From Thermodesulfobacteriota bacterium (GTDB lineage: Bacteria; Desulfobacterota_D; UBA1144), in contig JAYYZJ010000012.1 of the NCBI GenBank assembly GCA_036340075.1, forward strand, positions 6,516 to 70,515: DNA of 64,000 bases. The letters run 5' to 3'. Positions 1 through 11,193 of this stretch are shown here, one piece after another. The translations under genes were made by a program, and so were the position numbers. Each line of letters begins with the position of its first letter. The first letter of the stretch is position 1. Under the pieces are notes generated by a model, which was not told the origin of the DNA, did no database searches, and was given only the letters and a program-made list of their open reading frames with translations.

Positions 1-1
1 C

Positions 2-1195
2 GGATACAAAATTCCAAAGAAAGGACCATTGGTCGATGTTAAAGAAGCCGCTAATCTAATTATGAAATCACAAAGACCAATTATTTTTGGAGGAGGGGGC
101 ATTGTTATCTCAGGTGCAACAAAGACACTTCAGAGATTTGCAAATAGATTAAAAATCCCAGTTACTTTAACTTTGATGGGGCTAGGAGGGTACCCACCTG
201 AAGATCCAATGAGAGTTAGTTGGATTGGTATGCACGGATCTTATTTCGCAAACATGGCTGTTCACCATAGTGATTTAGTAATTTCAATAGGTGCGAGATT
301 TGATGATAGGTCGACAGGAGGCATTTTTGATAAGTTTGCACCTAACGCTCAAGTTATTCATATCGATATAGACCCCTCTACCCTTAATAAAAATATTAAA
401 GTTCACTGTCCGATTCTTGGTGATGCAAAAGCTGTAATTGAACAAATTGACAAACTTATACCTAAATCATTTAAATACAATAAAGATTCCAGAAAAGAAT
501 GGTTTGCTCAAATAAGAGAATGGGAAAAAGAACATCCTACAGTGGCTCATCAGGAAGGCAAAAAAATTAAAACAAGTTATGCCATAGATTTAATATCTAA
601 AATTACTAAGGGAAATGATGTTGTGGTAACAGATGTAGGACAGCATCAAATGTGGGTTGCTCAGTATTATCAGTTTAAAAATCCAAGAAATCAGATAACC
701 TCAGGTGGTTTAGGAACAATGGGTTTTGGATTTCCTGCAGCTATCGGTGCTAAACTAGGAAGGCCTAACGACAGGGTTTTAGCTATTTGTGGTGATGGCA
801 GCTTTCAAATGAATATGCAGGAATTCTCAACAGCAGTAAAAAACAACTTGGATTTAAAAATTATTCTTATAAACAATGGGCATCATGGCATGGTAAGACA
901 ATGGCAAACACTATTTTTTGAAAAAAATTATTCATGTTGTAAATTTGATTTGAATCCCGACTACGTGAAACTTGCACAGTCTTATGGAGCAAAAGCTTTT
1001 AGAATAGACTCACCATACGATTTGGAAGCTTCCTTTAAAGAAGGTTTGTCGACAAAAGGAGTCGTATTAATGGAGCTAATTGTTGATTCAACCGAGATGG
1101 TTTACCCCATGCTAACCCCAGGCGGAACAATGGACGAAATGCTTTTTGATGCTAAGGATGAGATTCCAGATGGTCCAGTACCAGATATGGCGTAG
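2..1195 (+). CDS. ilvB: Acetolactate synthase large subunit, 5'-truncated by the window edge
   Basis: Frame open from position 2; GMHG, GARFDDR, DVGQHQMW, SGGLGTMGFG and ThDP-binding GDGSFQMN...NN motifs. No small subunit gene follows. Confidence 0.95.
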   Translation, partial: GYKIPKKGPLVDVKEAANLIMKSQRPIIFGGGGIVISGATKTLQRFANRLKIPVTLTLMGLGGYPPEDPMRVSWIGMHGSYFANMAVHHSDLVISIGARFDDRSTGGIFDKFAPNAQVIHIDIDPSTLNKNIKVHCPILGDAKAVIEQIDKLIPKSFKYNKDSRKEWFAQIREWEKEHPTVAHQEGKKIKTSYAIDLISKITKGNDVVVTDVGQHQMWVAQYYQFKNPRNQITSGGLGTMGFGFPAAIGAKLGRPNDRVLAICGDGSFQMNMQEFSTAVKNNLDLKIILINNGHHGMVRQWQTLFFEKNYSCCKFDLNPDYVKLAQSYGAKAFRIDSPYDLEASFKEGLSTKGVVLMELIVDSTEMVYPMLTPGGTMDEMLFDAKDEIPDGPVPDMA

Positions 1196-1211
1196 CATTA
1201 AAATTTTATTC

Positions 1212-1220
1212 TGGTAAATT
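1212..1220 (+). promoter_or_regulatory. Extended -10 box (TG-G-TAAATT) 7 nt before the ATG at 1228
   Basis: TG 1212-1213, TAAATT 1215-1220; no SD before 1228. Confidence 0.4.
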
Positions 1221-1227
1221 CAAAGAT

Positions 1228-2022
1228 ATGTCGAGAAAATCAGCACTTTTACTTTATCAAAGCCTAGAGAAAATTGACTCTAACAAAGATTATTGGGAAA
1301 AATATATTAAATTTCATGAGATGTATTGGGATGGACCTGCTTCAACACAAAATGTTTACTATGGAAGAGAATATGAAGAGTATAGAATTTCGTTGTCTAA
1401 CCATTTGGAAATGGAAGCCGAAGACATTAAAGACTGTCTTTTTACTAAACATGAAAATGGCCGATACTACCTTACACCTCTAGGTGATGATTCAAATAAA
1501 TATATTCTGGAGAGCGAGAATATCATACCCCCACAATGGTTCTTTCTCTTCGCTAATGAAGAAAAAAAGTTTTTTTATTCTCATGCTGGTGACGGAGCAG
1601 TGCAAGCCGATGGGATTTATTATGTTACAGATTCTGCTAGCTCAAAAAAGAGATTAAACGAGGTTCAATTGATACTTACAGAAATGGAAAAATCGGAACC
1701 TCCAAAGGCGATTGAGATTTTCTCAAAAGATTTGGAATTTGGCATCTCTGAGCTCAACTTCTGGTTGTCCAATTTTGATGAAGATAGCATGTTAATCTTA
1801 AACTACGCAGAATTGAATACTATTATCCATGAGTTTACTTTGAAAAATGAAAATTCAGTGCAAGATTTATGGTTTCTAATCAAGAACTTAGAGAAAAAAA
1901 AATACAATGAAGCTTCTTCAGACTTAAAAATATTTAAACAGAAATGGTCTGAGATTGGAGAAAAATCTTCTACTTCTGGGGAACCAATAATTAAGAACGA
2001 AGAAGAAGAAAGCATCCAATAA
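1228..2022 (+). CDS. Hypothetical acidic cytoplasmic protein (264 aa)
   Basis: Long ORF filling the ilvB-rpmH gap; no signal peptide or TM segment; no firm family recognised. Confidence 0.75.
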   Translation: MSRKSALLLYQSLEKIDSNKDYWEKYIKFHEMYWDGPASTQNVYYGREYEEYRISLSNHLEMEAEDIKDCLFTKHENGRYYLTPLGDDSNKYILESENIIPPQWFFLFANEEKKFFYSHAGDGAVQADGIYYVTDSASSKKRLNEVQLILTEMEKSEPPKAIEIFSKDLEFGISELNFWLSNFDEDSMLILNYAELNTIIHEFTLKNENSVQDLWFLIKNLEKKKYNEASSDLKIFKQKWSEIGEKSSTSGEPIIKNEEEESIQ

Positions 2023-2066
2023 GGAGCAATTGATTTTTGGACATATAGTGGTAACTTTAAGGACTT

Positions 2067-2216
2067 ATGAAAAGAACTTACCAGCCTAGTGAAAGAAAAA
2101 AAGTTAGAAAACATGGTTTTCGATCTAGACAGCTAACTAAAGCTGGGAAAAAGGTTTTAGCGCTTCGCAGATCCAAGGGTAGAGCAAGCCTCACAGTTTC
2201 TCGCCATTCTAAATGA
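2067..2216 (+). CDS. rpmH: 50S ribosomal protein L34 (49 aa; absent from the supplied ORF track)
   Basis: Manual translation [49 protein letters not shown]; AAGGA SD upstream; ATGA overlap with rnpA. Confidence 0.97.
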   Translation: MKRTYQPSERKKVRKHGFRSRQLTKAGKKVLALRRSKGRASLTVSRHSK

Positions 2217-2551
2217 ATTCTTCTTCAAATATACCAGAATCTAGGAAATTAAAGGTTAAAAAGAATTTTAAATCGAGTAAGAAAATTAGATTGAATGGCA
2301 TAGATATGTTTATTCAAGAAAAGAAAAATATTTCATGCTCAAAACCAGGTGTTATAATATCTAAAAAAAATATCAGTAAGGCTGTATTGCGTAATAAATA
2401 TAAAAGGCTAATCAGAGAGGTTGTTAGGCTAGATTTTAAGGATTTAAAAGACAGAGAAATTTTTTTTGTAGTTAATAAAAAGATTTTAGATTTTGACTTC
2501 AATAGGATACGAAAAGAGCTTTTAATTGGTAGAAAGCGAATTACTAAATGA
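2213..2551 (+). CDS. rnpA: Ribonuclease P protein component
   Basis: [14 protein letters not shown] (RNR motif); position between rpmH and yidD. Confidence 0.92.
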   Translation: MNSSSNIPESRKLKVKKNFKSSKKIRLNGIDMFIQEKKNISCSKPGVIISKKNISKAVLRNKYKRLIREVVRLDFKDLKDREIFFVVNKKILDFDFNRIRKELLIGRKRITK

Positions 2552-2784
2552 GGAATATACTCCAGTTTATTTTAATAGGACTTATCAAACTTTATAGATT
2601 GTCTTTTTCAAAAATATTGCCAACAGCGTGTAGGCATTATCCAAGCTGTTCTCAGTATTCATTGGATGCTATTAATTTTTATGGTCCGTACAAGGGTTTT
2701 GCAATGTCTATAATACGGATACTTAAATGTAATCCGTTTTTTTCTGGTGGAATCGATGAGGTAATTGTGGAGAAAAAGAAATGA
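2548..2784 (+). CDS. yidD: Membrane protein insertion efficiency factor
   Basis: CRHYPSCSQY...RILKCNPF...GGID motif; synteny. Confidence 0.95.
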   Translation: MRNILQFILIGLIKLYRLSFSKILPTACRHYPSCSQYSLDAINFYGPYKGFAMSIIRILKCNPFFSGGIDEVIVEKKK

Positions 2785-4394
2785 AATCGAATTATGTCCT
2801 TTTCTTAGTCTTGTCTTTTTTAGTAATTATAGGGAGTAATTTTTTAATAGGTCCTCCGGAAGATAAAGAAAAAATTGTTAAGGAAAAACCCACTGAACAA
2901 TTTAATGTACAAGAAGACTCCTATGTAGTTAAAGACGATTCAGCATTTAACACTGGCAGTAGTGGAAATATGAGCAGCGTTAAATTTTCTACACCATTGC
3001 TTGAAGGAAGGATTTCATCTAATGGGGGCAGAATTCATAGTGTTCAACTAAAGACCTATTTTGAAGATTCCGGATCTTTGAAACCCATCAAGTTACTTAA
3101 AGGGCAGGAATTCATTTCTAACACCATTATTAAGTTTAAAGATATTAATTTTGGAAAAGAAATTCAGTACACACCTAATAAGAGAAATATAGTCATTACC
3201 TCACAAGGCGATTCTCTATCCATGATATCTAAGGTATCAAATATAAGATTAGAAAAAACCTATTCTTTTGTCCCAGATTCATACGCAATTCAGCAAAATA
3301 TTCTTGTTGTAAATAATTCAAATAAAAATTTAATTTTCCGTGTCTTCGAAGAAGCAGTAGGTGAGATAGATGGGAAAGAGCATGTTTTATTCAATTATCA
3401 TGCAGACCAGGATATGGAAACTGTAACATCTAATCCGTCAGAAGCTGAAAAAATAATAGCAGATATAGATTGGTATGGATTTGGAAAAAAATATTTCTTG
3501 GCATCTTCTATTCTGAATCAAGATGGAGAAAAAACGCTTAAGTATAAAAAGCATTCAAAGAAAAATCTTCGGTCTCTCTTAAGCTACAGAACGATTAGCC
3601 TGACGCCAGGCTCCCAATATTCAATCAATTCAACAATTTTTCTTGGTCCAAAGGACCCAGAAATCTTGTCAAAACTTGGCAAAGACTTTGAAAAAGCTCA
3701 GGATCTGGGATGGTTTGAATGGTTAGCTGTACCTTTAGAAAAACTACTAAAAATATTTAATAGGTTTATTAACAATTATGGTGTTTCAATTATTGTTATA
3801 ACAATATTAATTAGATTACTTTTCCTTCCTCTAACGGTAAAAAGCATGATGTCGATGAAAAAAATGCAAGCAAAAATGGCAATCATAAAGCCTCAGTTAG
3901 ACGAAATCAAAGAGAAATATAAAGACGACAAAGCAGCACAAAATAGTGAAACGATGAAAGTCTATGCAAAAGAAGGAATGAATCCTCTCTCTAGTTTGAG
4001 CGGATGCTTGCCAATGCTTGTTCAGCTGCCAGTTTTTGTTGCCCTTTATAATGTGCTTCTCTATTCATTAGATTTAAGGCACTCAGATTTTCTCTGGATT
4101 GATGACTTGTCATCCCCAGAGAATCTTTTTGATATCCCTGGTATAGGCATACCTTTTAGAGTGCTCCCTCTATTGATGGGTGTATCATGGTTTATTACCC
4201 AAAAAATGACTCCTCCAAATCCTGGAGCTGATGAATTTCAACAAAAAGTTTTTCAATATATGCCAATTATGTTTACGGTAATGTTTTGGGGGCTACCATC
4301 AGGGCTTATTCTTTATTGGACTATCAGTAATGTGATTTCTATTTTTCAACAAATTTACATAAATCAAAAATATAAAAAAATGCAAGGAGTATAA
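2781..4394 (+). CDS. yidC: Membrane protein insertase YidC (long diderm type)
   Basis: N-terminal TM, large periplasmic domain, GCLPMLVQLPVF, FLWIDDLS and LILYW motifs. Confidence 0.96.
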   Translation: MKSNYVLFLVLSFLVIIGSNFLIGPPEDKEKIVKEKPTEQFNVQEDSYVVKDDSAFNTGSSGNMSSVKFSTPLLEGRISSNGGRIHSVQLKTYFEDSGSLKPIKLLKGQEFISNTIIKFKDINFGKEIQYTPNKRNIVITSQGDSLSMISKVSNIRLEKTYSFVPDSYAIQQNILVVNNSNKNLIFRVFEEAVGEIDGKEHVLFNYHADQDMETVTSNPSEAEKIIADIDWYGFGKKYFLASSILNQDGEKTLKYKKHSKKNLRSLLSYRTISLTPGSQYSINSTIFLGPKDPEILSKLGKDFEKAQDLGWFEWLAVPLEKLLKIFNRFINNYGVSIIVITILIRLLFLPLTVKSMMSMKKMQAKMAIIKPQLDEIKEKYKDDKAAQNSETMKVYAKEGMNPLSSLSGCLPMLVQLPVFVALYNVLLYSLDLRHSDFLWIDDLSSPENLFDIPGIGIPFRVLPLLMGVSWFITQKMTPPNPGADEFQQKVFQYMPIMFTVMFWGLPSGLILYWTISNVISIFQQIYINQKYKKMQGV

Positions 4395-4395
4395 A

Positions 4396-5121
4396 ATGTC
4401 AACGGAGAAAGAATTTGAAGGTAAGACAATAACAGATGCAACAATTGAAGCATGCAAAGAACTTGGTATCACCAGGGACGAATTAGAGTTTGATGTTGTA
4501 GAAGAAGGATCAACAGGAGTATTAGGTATAGGTGGAAGAAATGCGGTTATCAAAGTAAAAATTTCTGATGATTACACTAATCAAACTGCTACAGATTCTA
4601 CGAAAGAAGAGCGTACAGATGAAGTAAAAGAAGCATCTGCCACTAATGTAGATATTGACAAGGGAGAGATAGAAGATATCTTCAAAAAGATTGTAAATCA
4701 CTTCGTCGAAGAAAATAATATTAGCTCCGAATTAAATGAGAATAATATTTTATTAAAAATGAACAGCGAAGCAGATTTAGGATTCCTTATTGGTAAGAAG
4801 GGAGATATGATTAAGAATCTAGAATTTTTATTATCTAGGATTGCTAGCAAGAAAAATTCTCAGAGCGTCATGGTATCGATAGACATAAACGGTTTTAGAG
4901 AGAAGAAAGATGCTCAATTAAAAGAGAAAGTAAAATCCTTGATTGACAAGGTAATATCTATAAATAGACCATTAAGCTTAAATCCAATGAATTCATATGA
5001 AAGAAGAATTTGTTATCTTGTAATAGAAGAAAACTCGGAGGTAACTTACAAAACTAAAGAGCAGGGACATTTAAAGAAGATCACAATTCTTCCGAAAAAT
5101 ATGAATACTAATTTATCTTAA
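4396..5121 (+). CDS. jag: Jag/KhpB/EloR RNA-binding protein (Jag_N, KH, degenerate R3H)
   Basis: EFEGKTITDA...EEGSTGVLGIG N-domain; KH IGKKG; LNPMNSYERR; follows yidC. Confidence 0.9.
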   Translation: MSTEKEFEGKTITDATIEACKELGITRDELEFDVVEEGSTGVLGIGGRNAVIKVKISDDYTNQTATDSTKEERTDEVKEASATNVDIDKGEIEDIFKKIVNHFVEENNISSELNENNILLKMNSEADLGFLIGKKGDMIKNLEFLLSRIASKKNSQSVMVSIDINGFREKKDAQLKEKVKSLIDKVISINRPLSLNPMNSYERRICYLVIEENSEVTYKTKEQGHLKKITILPKNMNTNLS

Positions 5122-5532
5122 GTTTTTAAAAAATTCTTTAATAAGATTCTGACAGTCTGAATTTTTTATCATAGTAGATTTAATTTTCTTTTCTTCATTT
5201 TTTCTTTTATTGTTTTTTGCACCAAAATAAACTTCTTTAATTCGTGATTCAATAATTGCGCCCATACACATTTCACAGGGTTCAATTGTAGAAAAAATGA
5301 TGTGATTGTCTAATCTCCAGTCATTTATTTTTTCTGCTGCAGACTTGATTGCAAGAATTTCAGCGTGGGCAGTTGGATCCTTCAGTTTCTCTGTTTGATT
5401 AAATCCTGTACCAACCACAACCTTTGCCTCATTAACTACAATAGAGCCTATAGGTACTTCATCGTACTTTAATGCTTCTAATGCCGCCTCGTAAGCAATA
5501 TGAATAAATTCTTCTATTTCGAAATCTGTCAC
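5113..5532 (-). CDS. tadA: tRNA adenosine(34) deaminase
   Basis: EVPIG, DPTAHAE and EPCEMC Zn motifs; GTG start overlapping the trpG stop. Confidence 0.9.
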   Translation of the reverse strand: MTDFEIEEFIHIAYEAALEALKYDEVPIGSIVVNEAKVVVGTGFNQTEKLKDPTAHAEILAIKSAAEKINDWRLDNHIIFSTIEPCEMCMGAIIESRIKEVYFGAKNNKRKNEEKKIKSTMIKNSDCQNLIKEFFKNLR

Positions 5533-6107
5533 GTTTTATTTTTAAGAATATTCTTAATTAACTTCTTTCCTTCTTTTGTAAGAATTGATTCGGGATGAAA
5601 TTGGACCCCTTCCAAGTCGTAAAATTTATGTTTTATACCCATTATTATTCCATCTTTAGTCTTTGCGGTAATTATAAAATCATTTGATAAGGTTTTTTTA
5701 TCCACAATCAATGAATGATATCTGGTAGCTTCAAATGGATTCTTAATATTCTTATATATCCCCTTTTCATTGTGTAATATGTTAGAAGTTTTTCCATGTA
5801 ACAATGTCTTCGCTTTAATTATTTTTGCACCAAATGCATATGCAATTGATTGATGACCTAAGCAAACCCCAAAGATTGGAATTTTACCTGCTAGATTCTT
5901 AACGATTTCTACAGAAATCCCAGCTTCTTTTGGAGTACAAGGGCCAGGTGAAATAAATATTATATCGGGACTTATTTTTTTTATTTCTTTTATACTGATT
6001 TCATTGTTTCTTCTAACAAATACAGAAGAGCCTATTTCTTCTATATAATGAACTAGGTTGTAAGTAAAAGAATCATAATTGTCTATCATTAGTACTTTCT
6101 TTTTCAT
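5529..6107 (-). CDS. trpG: Anthranilate/aminodeoxychorismate synthase glutamine amidotransferase (TrpG/PabA)
   Basis: IDNYDSFTYNL, SPGP, GVCLGHQ, RYHSL and QFHPES; abuts trpE. Confidence 0.92.
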   Translation of the reverse strand: MKKKVLMIDNYDSFTYNLVHYIEEIGSSVFVRRNNEISIKEIKKISPDIIFISPGPCTPKEAGISVEIVKNLAGKIPIFGVCLGHQSIAYAFGAKIIKAKTLLHGKTSNILHNEKGIYKNIKNPFEATRYHSLIVDKKTLSNDFIITAKTKDGIIMGIKHKFYDLEGVQFHPESILTKEGKKLIKNILKNKT

Positions 6108-7589
6108 TTAACTTTCCACTAGAACGCCTTTTTTAATAGCTCTCAACATTGCCTCAGATTTATTTATAGTTTCATTGAATTCATTAATTGGTTTCGAATC
6201 AGCTACAATTCCAGCACCAGCCTGAAAAAATAACTTTTTTCCCTCTAAATAAAACGATCTTATTGTTATGCTCATATCCATATTTCCTGAGAACCCAAAA
6301 TATCCTACAGATCCTCCGTATGGCCCTCTGTTGTTTGGTTCGAGCTCATTGATTATTTCCATAGCCCTTATTTTTGGTGCACCAGATAAGGTTCCAGCAG
6401 GGAAGCAAGCACTGAATACGTCAAAGGCATCCTTAGATTTTTTTAGCTCACCTTGAACATGAGAAACAATATGCATGACATGAGAATATCTCTCAATAGT
6501 CATCATTTCATCTACTTTTACGCTACCAAAATTACAAACTTTACTGAGATCGTTTCTTGCCAAATCAACCAACATAATATGTTCAGCCAATTCTTTAGGA
6601 TCAGATAATAAATCCTTTTCGTTGAATCTGTCTTTAGTTTCATCAGAACCTCTTGGTCGTGTTCCAGCTATAGGTCTAGATTCAACCTTTCTTTTATCAA
6701 GACGAACCAGAACTTCTGGTGAGGCTCCAACAATATATGATTTATCAATTTTAATATAAAACATATAAGGAGATGGGTTAAGAATACGTAATGCTCTATA
6801 TAAATTGATTGGGTCATCATTATAATTTGTTGACCATCTCTGGGATATTACCGTCTGAATTACATCACCCCTTTTTACATACTCTTTTATTCTTTTTACT
6901 GATTGTAGAAAATTGTCTTTTTTGAAATTAGAAGTGATTTTAATTTTATTTTCTTTTTTATTTTTTTCCTTATAAGGATCTTTTATCGCACCTTTTAATA
7001 TTTTTTCTATTTTATTGATAGACTTTAAAGCAGAAGAATAATATGTTTTGTATTTTCCCTTGTCTTTTACATGAACATTAATTACAATCTTTGCTGTTTT
7101 TGAAATATTATCAAAAATTATTACTGAATCAGTAAGCATAAAACAACAATCAGGGAAGTCGGTGTCTCTTAGTTTGGGAGCAGGAAGATTTTCAATTTGT
7201 CTGATTATTTCATAAGAAAAAAAGCCAACTAATCCCCCATAAAATCTTGGAAGATTTTCAACCTTTGCAGCTTTAAATTCAGACATGATTGATTTTAGTT
7301 TTTTAATAGGACTACCTGTTTCCGTTGTTTTCTTTCCAGTATCCAATATTGTTTCTATTCTGTTTTCATATGATTTAATTATCATTTTTGGATTAAAGCC
7401 AATGAAGCTAAATTGAGACCATTTTTCTGGACCATTAGAGCTTTCTAAAAGGAAACAATGCCTATTTTTATTAATTTTTTTTAAAATAGACAAAGGGTTA
7501 TCATAATCGAGATTAATTTCTTTGAATACAGGAATCAGATTAGCATCCTTCAAAGTCCTTCTAAAATTTTCTAAAGTTAAAGAAATCAT
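6108..7589 (-). CDS. trpE: Anthranilate synthase component I
   Basis: LLES and NPSPYM Trp-feedback motifs, KELAEHIMLVDLARND, FPAGTLSGAPK. Confidence 0.92.
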   Translation of the reverse strand: MISLTLENFRRTLKDANLIPVFKEINLDYDNPLSILKKINKNRHCFLLESSNGPEKWSQFSFIGFNPKMIIKSYENRIETILDTGKKTTETGSPIKKLKSIMSEFKAAKVENLPRFYGGLVGFFSYEIIRQIENLPAPKLRDTDFPDCCFMLTDSVIIFDNISKTAKIVINVHVKDKGKYKTYYSSALKSINKIEKILKGAIKDPYKEKNKKENKIKITSNFKKDNFLQSVKRIKEYVKRGDVIQTVISQRWSTNYNDDPINLYRALRILNPSPYMFYIKIDKSYIVGASPEVLVRLDKRKVESRPIAGTRPRGSDETKDRFNEKDLLSDPKELAEHIMLVDLARNDLSKVCNFGSVKVDEMMTIERYSHVMHIVSHVQGELKKSKDAFDVFSACFPAGTLSGAPKIRAMEIINELEPNNRGPYGGSVGYFGFSGNMDMSITIRSFYLEGKKLFFQAGAGIVADSKPINEFNETINKSEAMLRAIKKGVLVES

Positions 7590-7597
7590 GTAAATTC

Positions 7598-7626
7598 AAT
7601 ATATTATTACTAAAAACTTTTGTCAA
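7598..7626 (-). promoter_or_regulatory. Sigma70-type promoter of trpE (TTGACA-17-TATATT), 8 nt before the ATG
   Basis: TTGACA at 7626-7621 and TATATT at 7603-7598 on the minus strand; no SD. Confidence 0.7.
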
Positions 7627-7645
7627 AACTTATTTAAGAAGGTGC

Positions 7646-9028
7646 GTGTTGAATAATTCAATTTTTAGGGAATATGACATAAGAGGAATAGCGGAAAAAG
7701 ATCTAACTGACGAGGTAGTAGAGCTGATAGGCCTTGCATATGGTACTAAAATAATTGAAGCGGGCCTTAAAAATATAACGATTGGCAGAGATTGTAGGAA
7801 GAGCTCAGATAGAATTTTTAATTCTTTGGCAAGGGGGATATTGAGAACCGGTGTCAATATAACTAATTTAGGTATTATTACGAGCCCCGTTCTATATTTT
7901 TCATTATATGGATTAAATGTTGATGGAGGAATAATGATTACAGCAAGCCATAATCCTCCTGACTATAATGGATTTAAGGCAGCTATCGGAAAAAATGTTC
8001 TTTCCTCAGAAGAAATACAAAATCTTAAAACTAAAATTGAAACAGAATCATTTTTGATTTCTAAAACAAAGGGAAAAATTTCAGATTACGATATCATCAA
8101 AAACTACAAAGAAGATATTCTAAAAAATATTAAGATTACTAGGAAATTAAGAATAGGCGTTGATTCAGCAAATACACCAGTTGGCCTTTTTGCTAAGGAT
8201 ATTTTGTCATATGCAGGATGCGAGGTATATGAATTATTTGCTGAACCAGACGGGAACTTCCCAAACCACCATCCAGATCCATCAATTGAGGAAAATTTAA
8301 TAGATTTAAGAAATTTAGTAAAAAAGGAAAAACTAGATTTAGGAATAGCTTTTGATGGTGATGCAGACAGATTGGGAGTCTTAGATGAAAATGGAGATCT
8401 AATATATTCTGATATGATTTTGCTTATTTTAGCCAGGGCTGTAATCAAAGAGCTTCCAGGATCAAAAATTATAGCAGAAGTTAAATGCTCTAAAAATCTT
8501 TTTGATGAAATAAGGAATTGTGGCGGGAGTCCAATTATGTGGAAGACTGGACATTCAAACATCAAAAGAAAGATTAAAGAAGAAAAAGCTCCATTAGCAG
8601 GTGAGCTCAGCGGTCACATATTCTTTTCTGATAAGCATCATGGCTATGACGATGCTCTTTATGCTGCACTTAGATTAATAGAGGTCTTATCCCAAAGTGA
8701 TAGCTCTATCAGCGAAATGCTCACCAATATTCCTAAGATGTATTCAACCCCAGAAATTAGAATAGATTTTCCTGAACACGAAAAATTTGAAGTTATAAAT
8801 AAATTAATTGAAGTAATCAAAGAAGAGAATGACAATTCTTTTGATTTAATAACCGTAGATGGTATTAGATTAGAAAATTCCAAAGGATGGGCGCTTGTTC
8901 GAGCTTCCAATACCCAGCCCGCACTAACAATCAGATTGGAGGCTGATTCGGAACCAAACTTAAAAGAGCTAGTAGCGTATGTTTCAGAGAAATTAAAATC
9001 TGTTACTAGTATAAGTATCAACTTATAG
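7646..9028 (+). CDS. Phosphomannomutase/phosphoglucomutase (AlgC-like)
   Basis: IFREYDIRG, ITASHNP phosphoserine loop, FDGDADR, GELSGH; GTG start. Confidence 0.93.
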   Translation: MLNNSIFREYDIRGIAEKDLTDEVVELIGLAYGTKIIEAGLKNITIGRDCRKSSDRIFNSLARGILRTGVNITNLGIITSPVLYFSLYGLNVDGGIMITASHNPPDYNGFKAAIGKNVLSSEEIQNLKTKIETESFLISKTKGKISDYDIIKNYKEDILKNIKITRKLRIGVDSANTPVGLFAKDILSYAGCEVYELFAEPDGNFPNHHPDPSIEENLIDLRNLVKKEKLDLGIAFDGDADRLGVLDENGDLIYSDMILLILARAVIKELPGSKIIAEVKCSKNLFDEIRNCGGSPIMWKTGHSNIKRKIKEEKAPLAGELSGHIFFSDKHHGYDDALYAALRLIEVLSQSDSSISEMLTNIPKMYSTPEIRIDFPEHEKFEVINKLIEVIKEENDNSFDLITVDGIRLENSKGWALVRASNTQPALTIRLEADSEPNLKELVAYVSEKLKSVTSISINL

Positions 9029-9037
9029 ATTTTATAT

Positions 9038-9064
9038 AAAAAAAGGGGCATGAAGCCCCTTTTT
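9038..9064. terminator. Bidirectional intrinsic terminator between convergent PMM/PGM and groEL
   Basis: A-run, GGGGC-ATGAA-GCCCC, T-run. A second hairpin AGGGTC-ACA-GACCCT lies at 9081-9095. Confidence 0.85.
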
Positions 9065-9107
9065 ATTTTTTATAGTTTTAAGGGTCACAGACCCTGAACT
9101 TTTTTGT

Positions 9108-10784
<1,677 letters not shown>

Positions 10785-10789
10785 CTAAG

Positions 10790-11077
10790 TTATTCAATGA
10801 TTCCTAGAACTTCGTCTTGTTTTAGGAAGATATAATTACCATCTCCCAGAGAAAGCTCCATACCACCATACCTATTAAATAAAACCACATCACCCTCTTT
10901 AATATCAAGAGGCTTTACTGTTCCATCTTCAAGTAGTCTTCCATGCCCAACAGACACAACTGTGCCTTGTTGAGGTTTTTCTTGAGAACCTTCAGGTAGG
11001 ATAATACCCCCTTCGGTCTTCTCTTCAGGATTATCAATCTTTACCATAATCCTATCGTATAAAGGTTTAATTTTCAT
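10790..11077 (-). CDS. groES: Co-chaperonin GroES (start revised to ATG 11077)
   Basis: MKIKPLYDRI...KTEGGIILP; GGAGGGT SD just upstream of 11077. Confidence 0.97.
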   Translation of the reverse strand: MKIKPLYDRIMVKIDNPEEKTEGGIILPEGSQEKPQQGTVVSVGHGRLLEDGTVKPLDIKEGDVVLFNRYGGMELSLGDGNYIFLKQDEVLGIIE

Positions 11078-11117
11078 AGCACCCTCCAAAAAACCCTTGT
11101 CAATGTTTAATAGATTG

Positions 11118-11145
11118 AAGATAAACATCATACCTGCTTTGTCAA
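11118..11145 (-). promoter_or_regulatory. Putative groESL promoter TTGACA-16-TATCTT
   Basis: TTGACA at 11145-11140 and TATCTT at 11123-11118 on the minus strand; no CIRCE visible. Confidence 0.5.
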
Positions 11146-11193
11146 GAAAATAATATAAACTAATGATTAATACAAAGGAGCTTTTTACAAAAA

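Noticed and set aside
2035-2052. ACATATAGTGG upstream of rpmH as an NrdR box
   Set aside because: Only a half-site without a partner; better explained as a -10 (TATAGT).
5698-5706. Perfect DnaA box TTATCCACA (other single copies near 25980 and 49109)
   Set aside because: Isolated and inside coding sequence; no cluster or unwinding element, so no oriC call.
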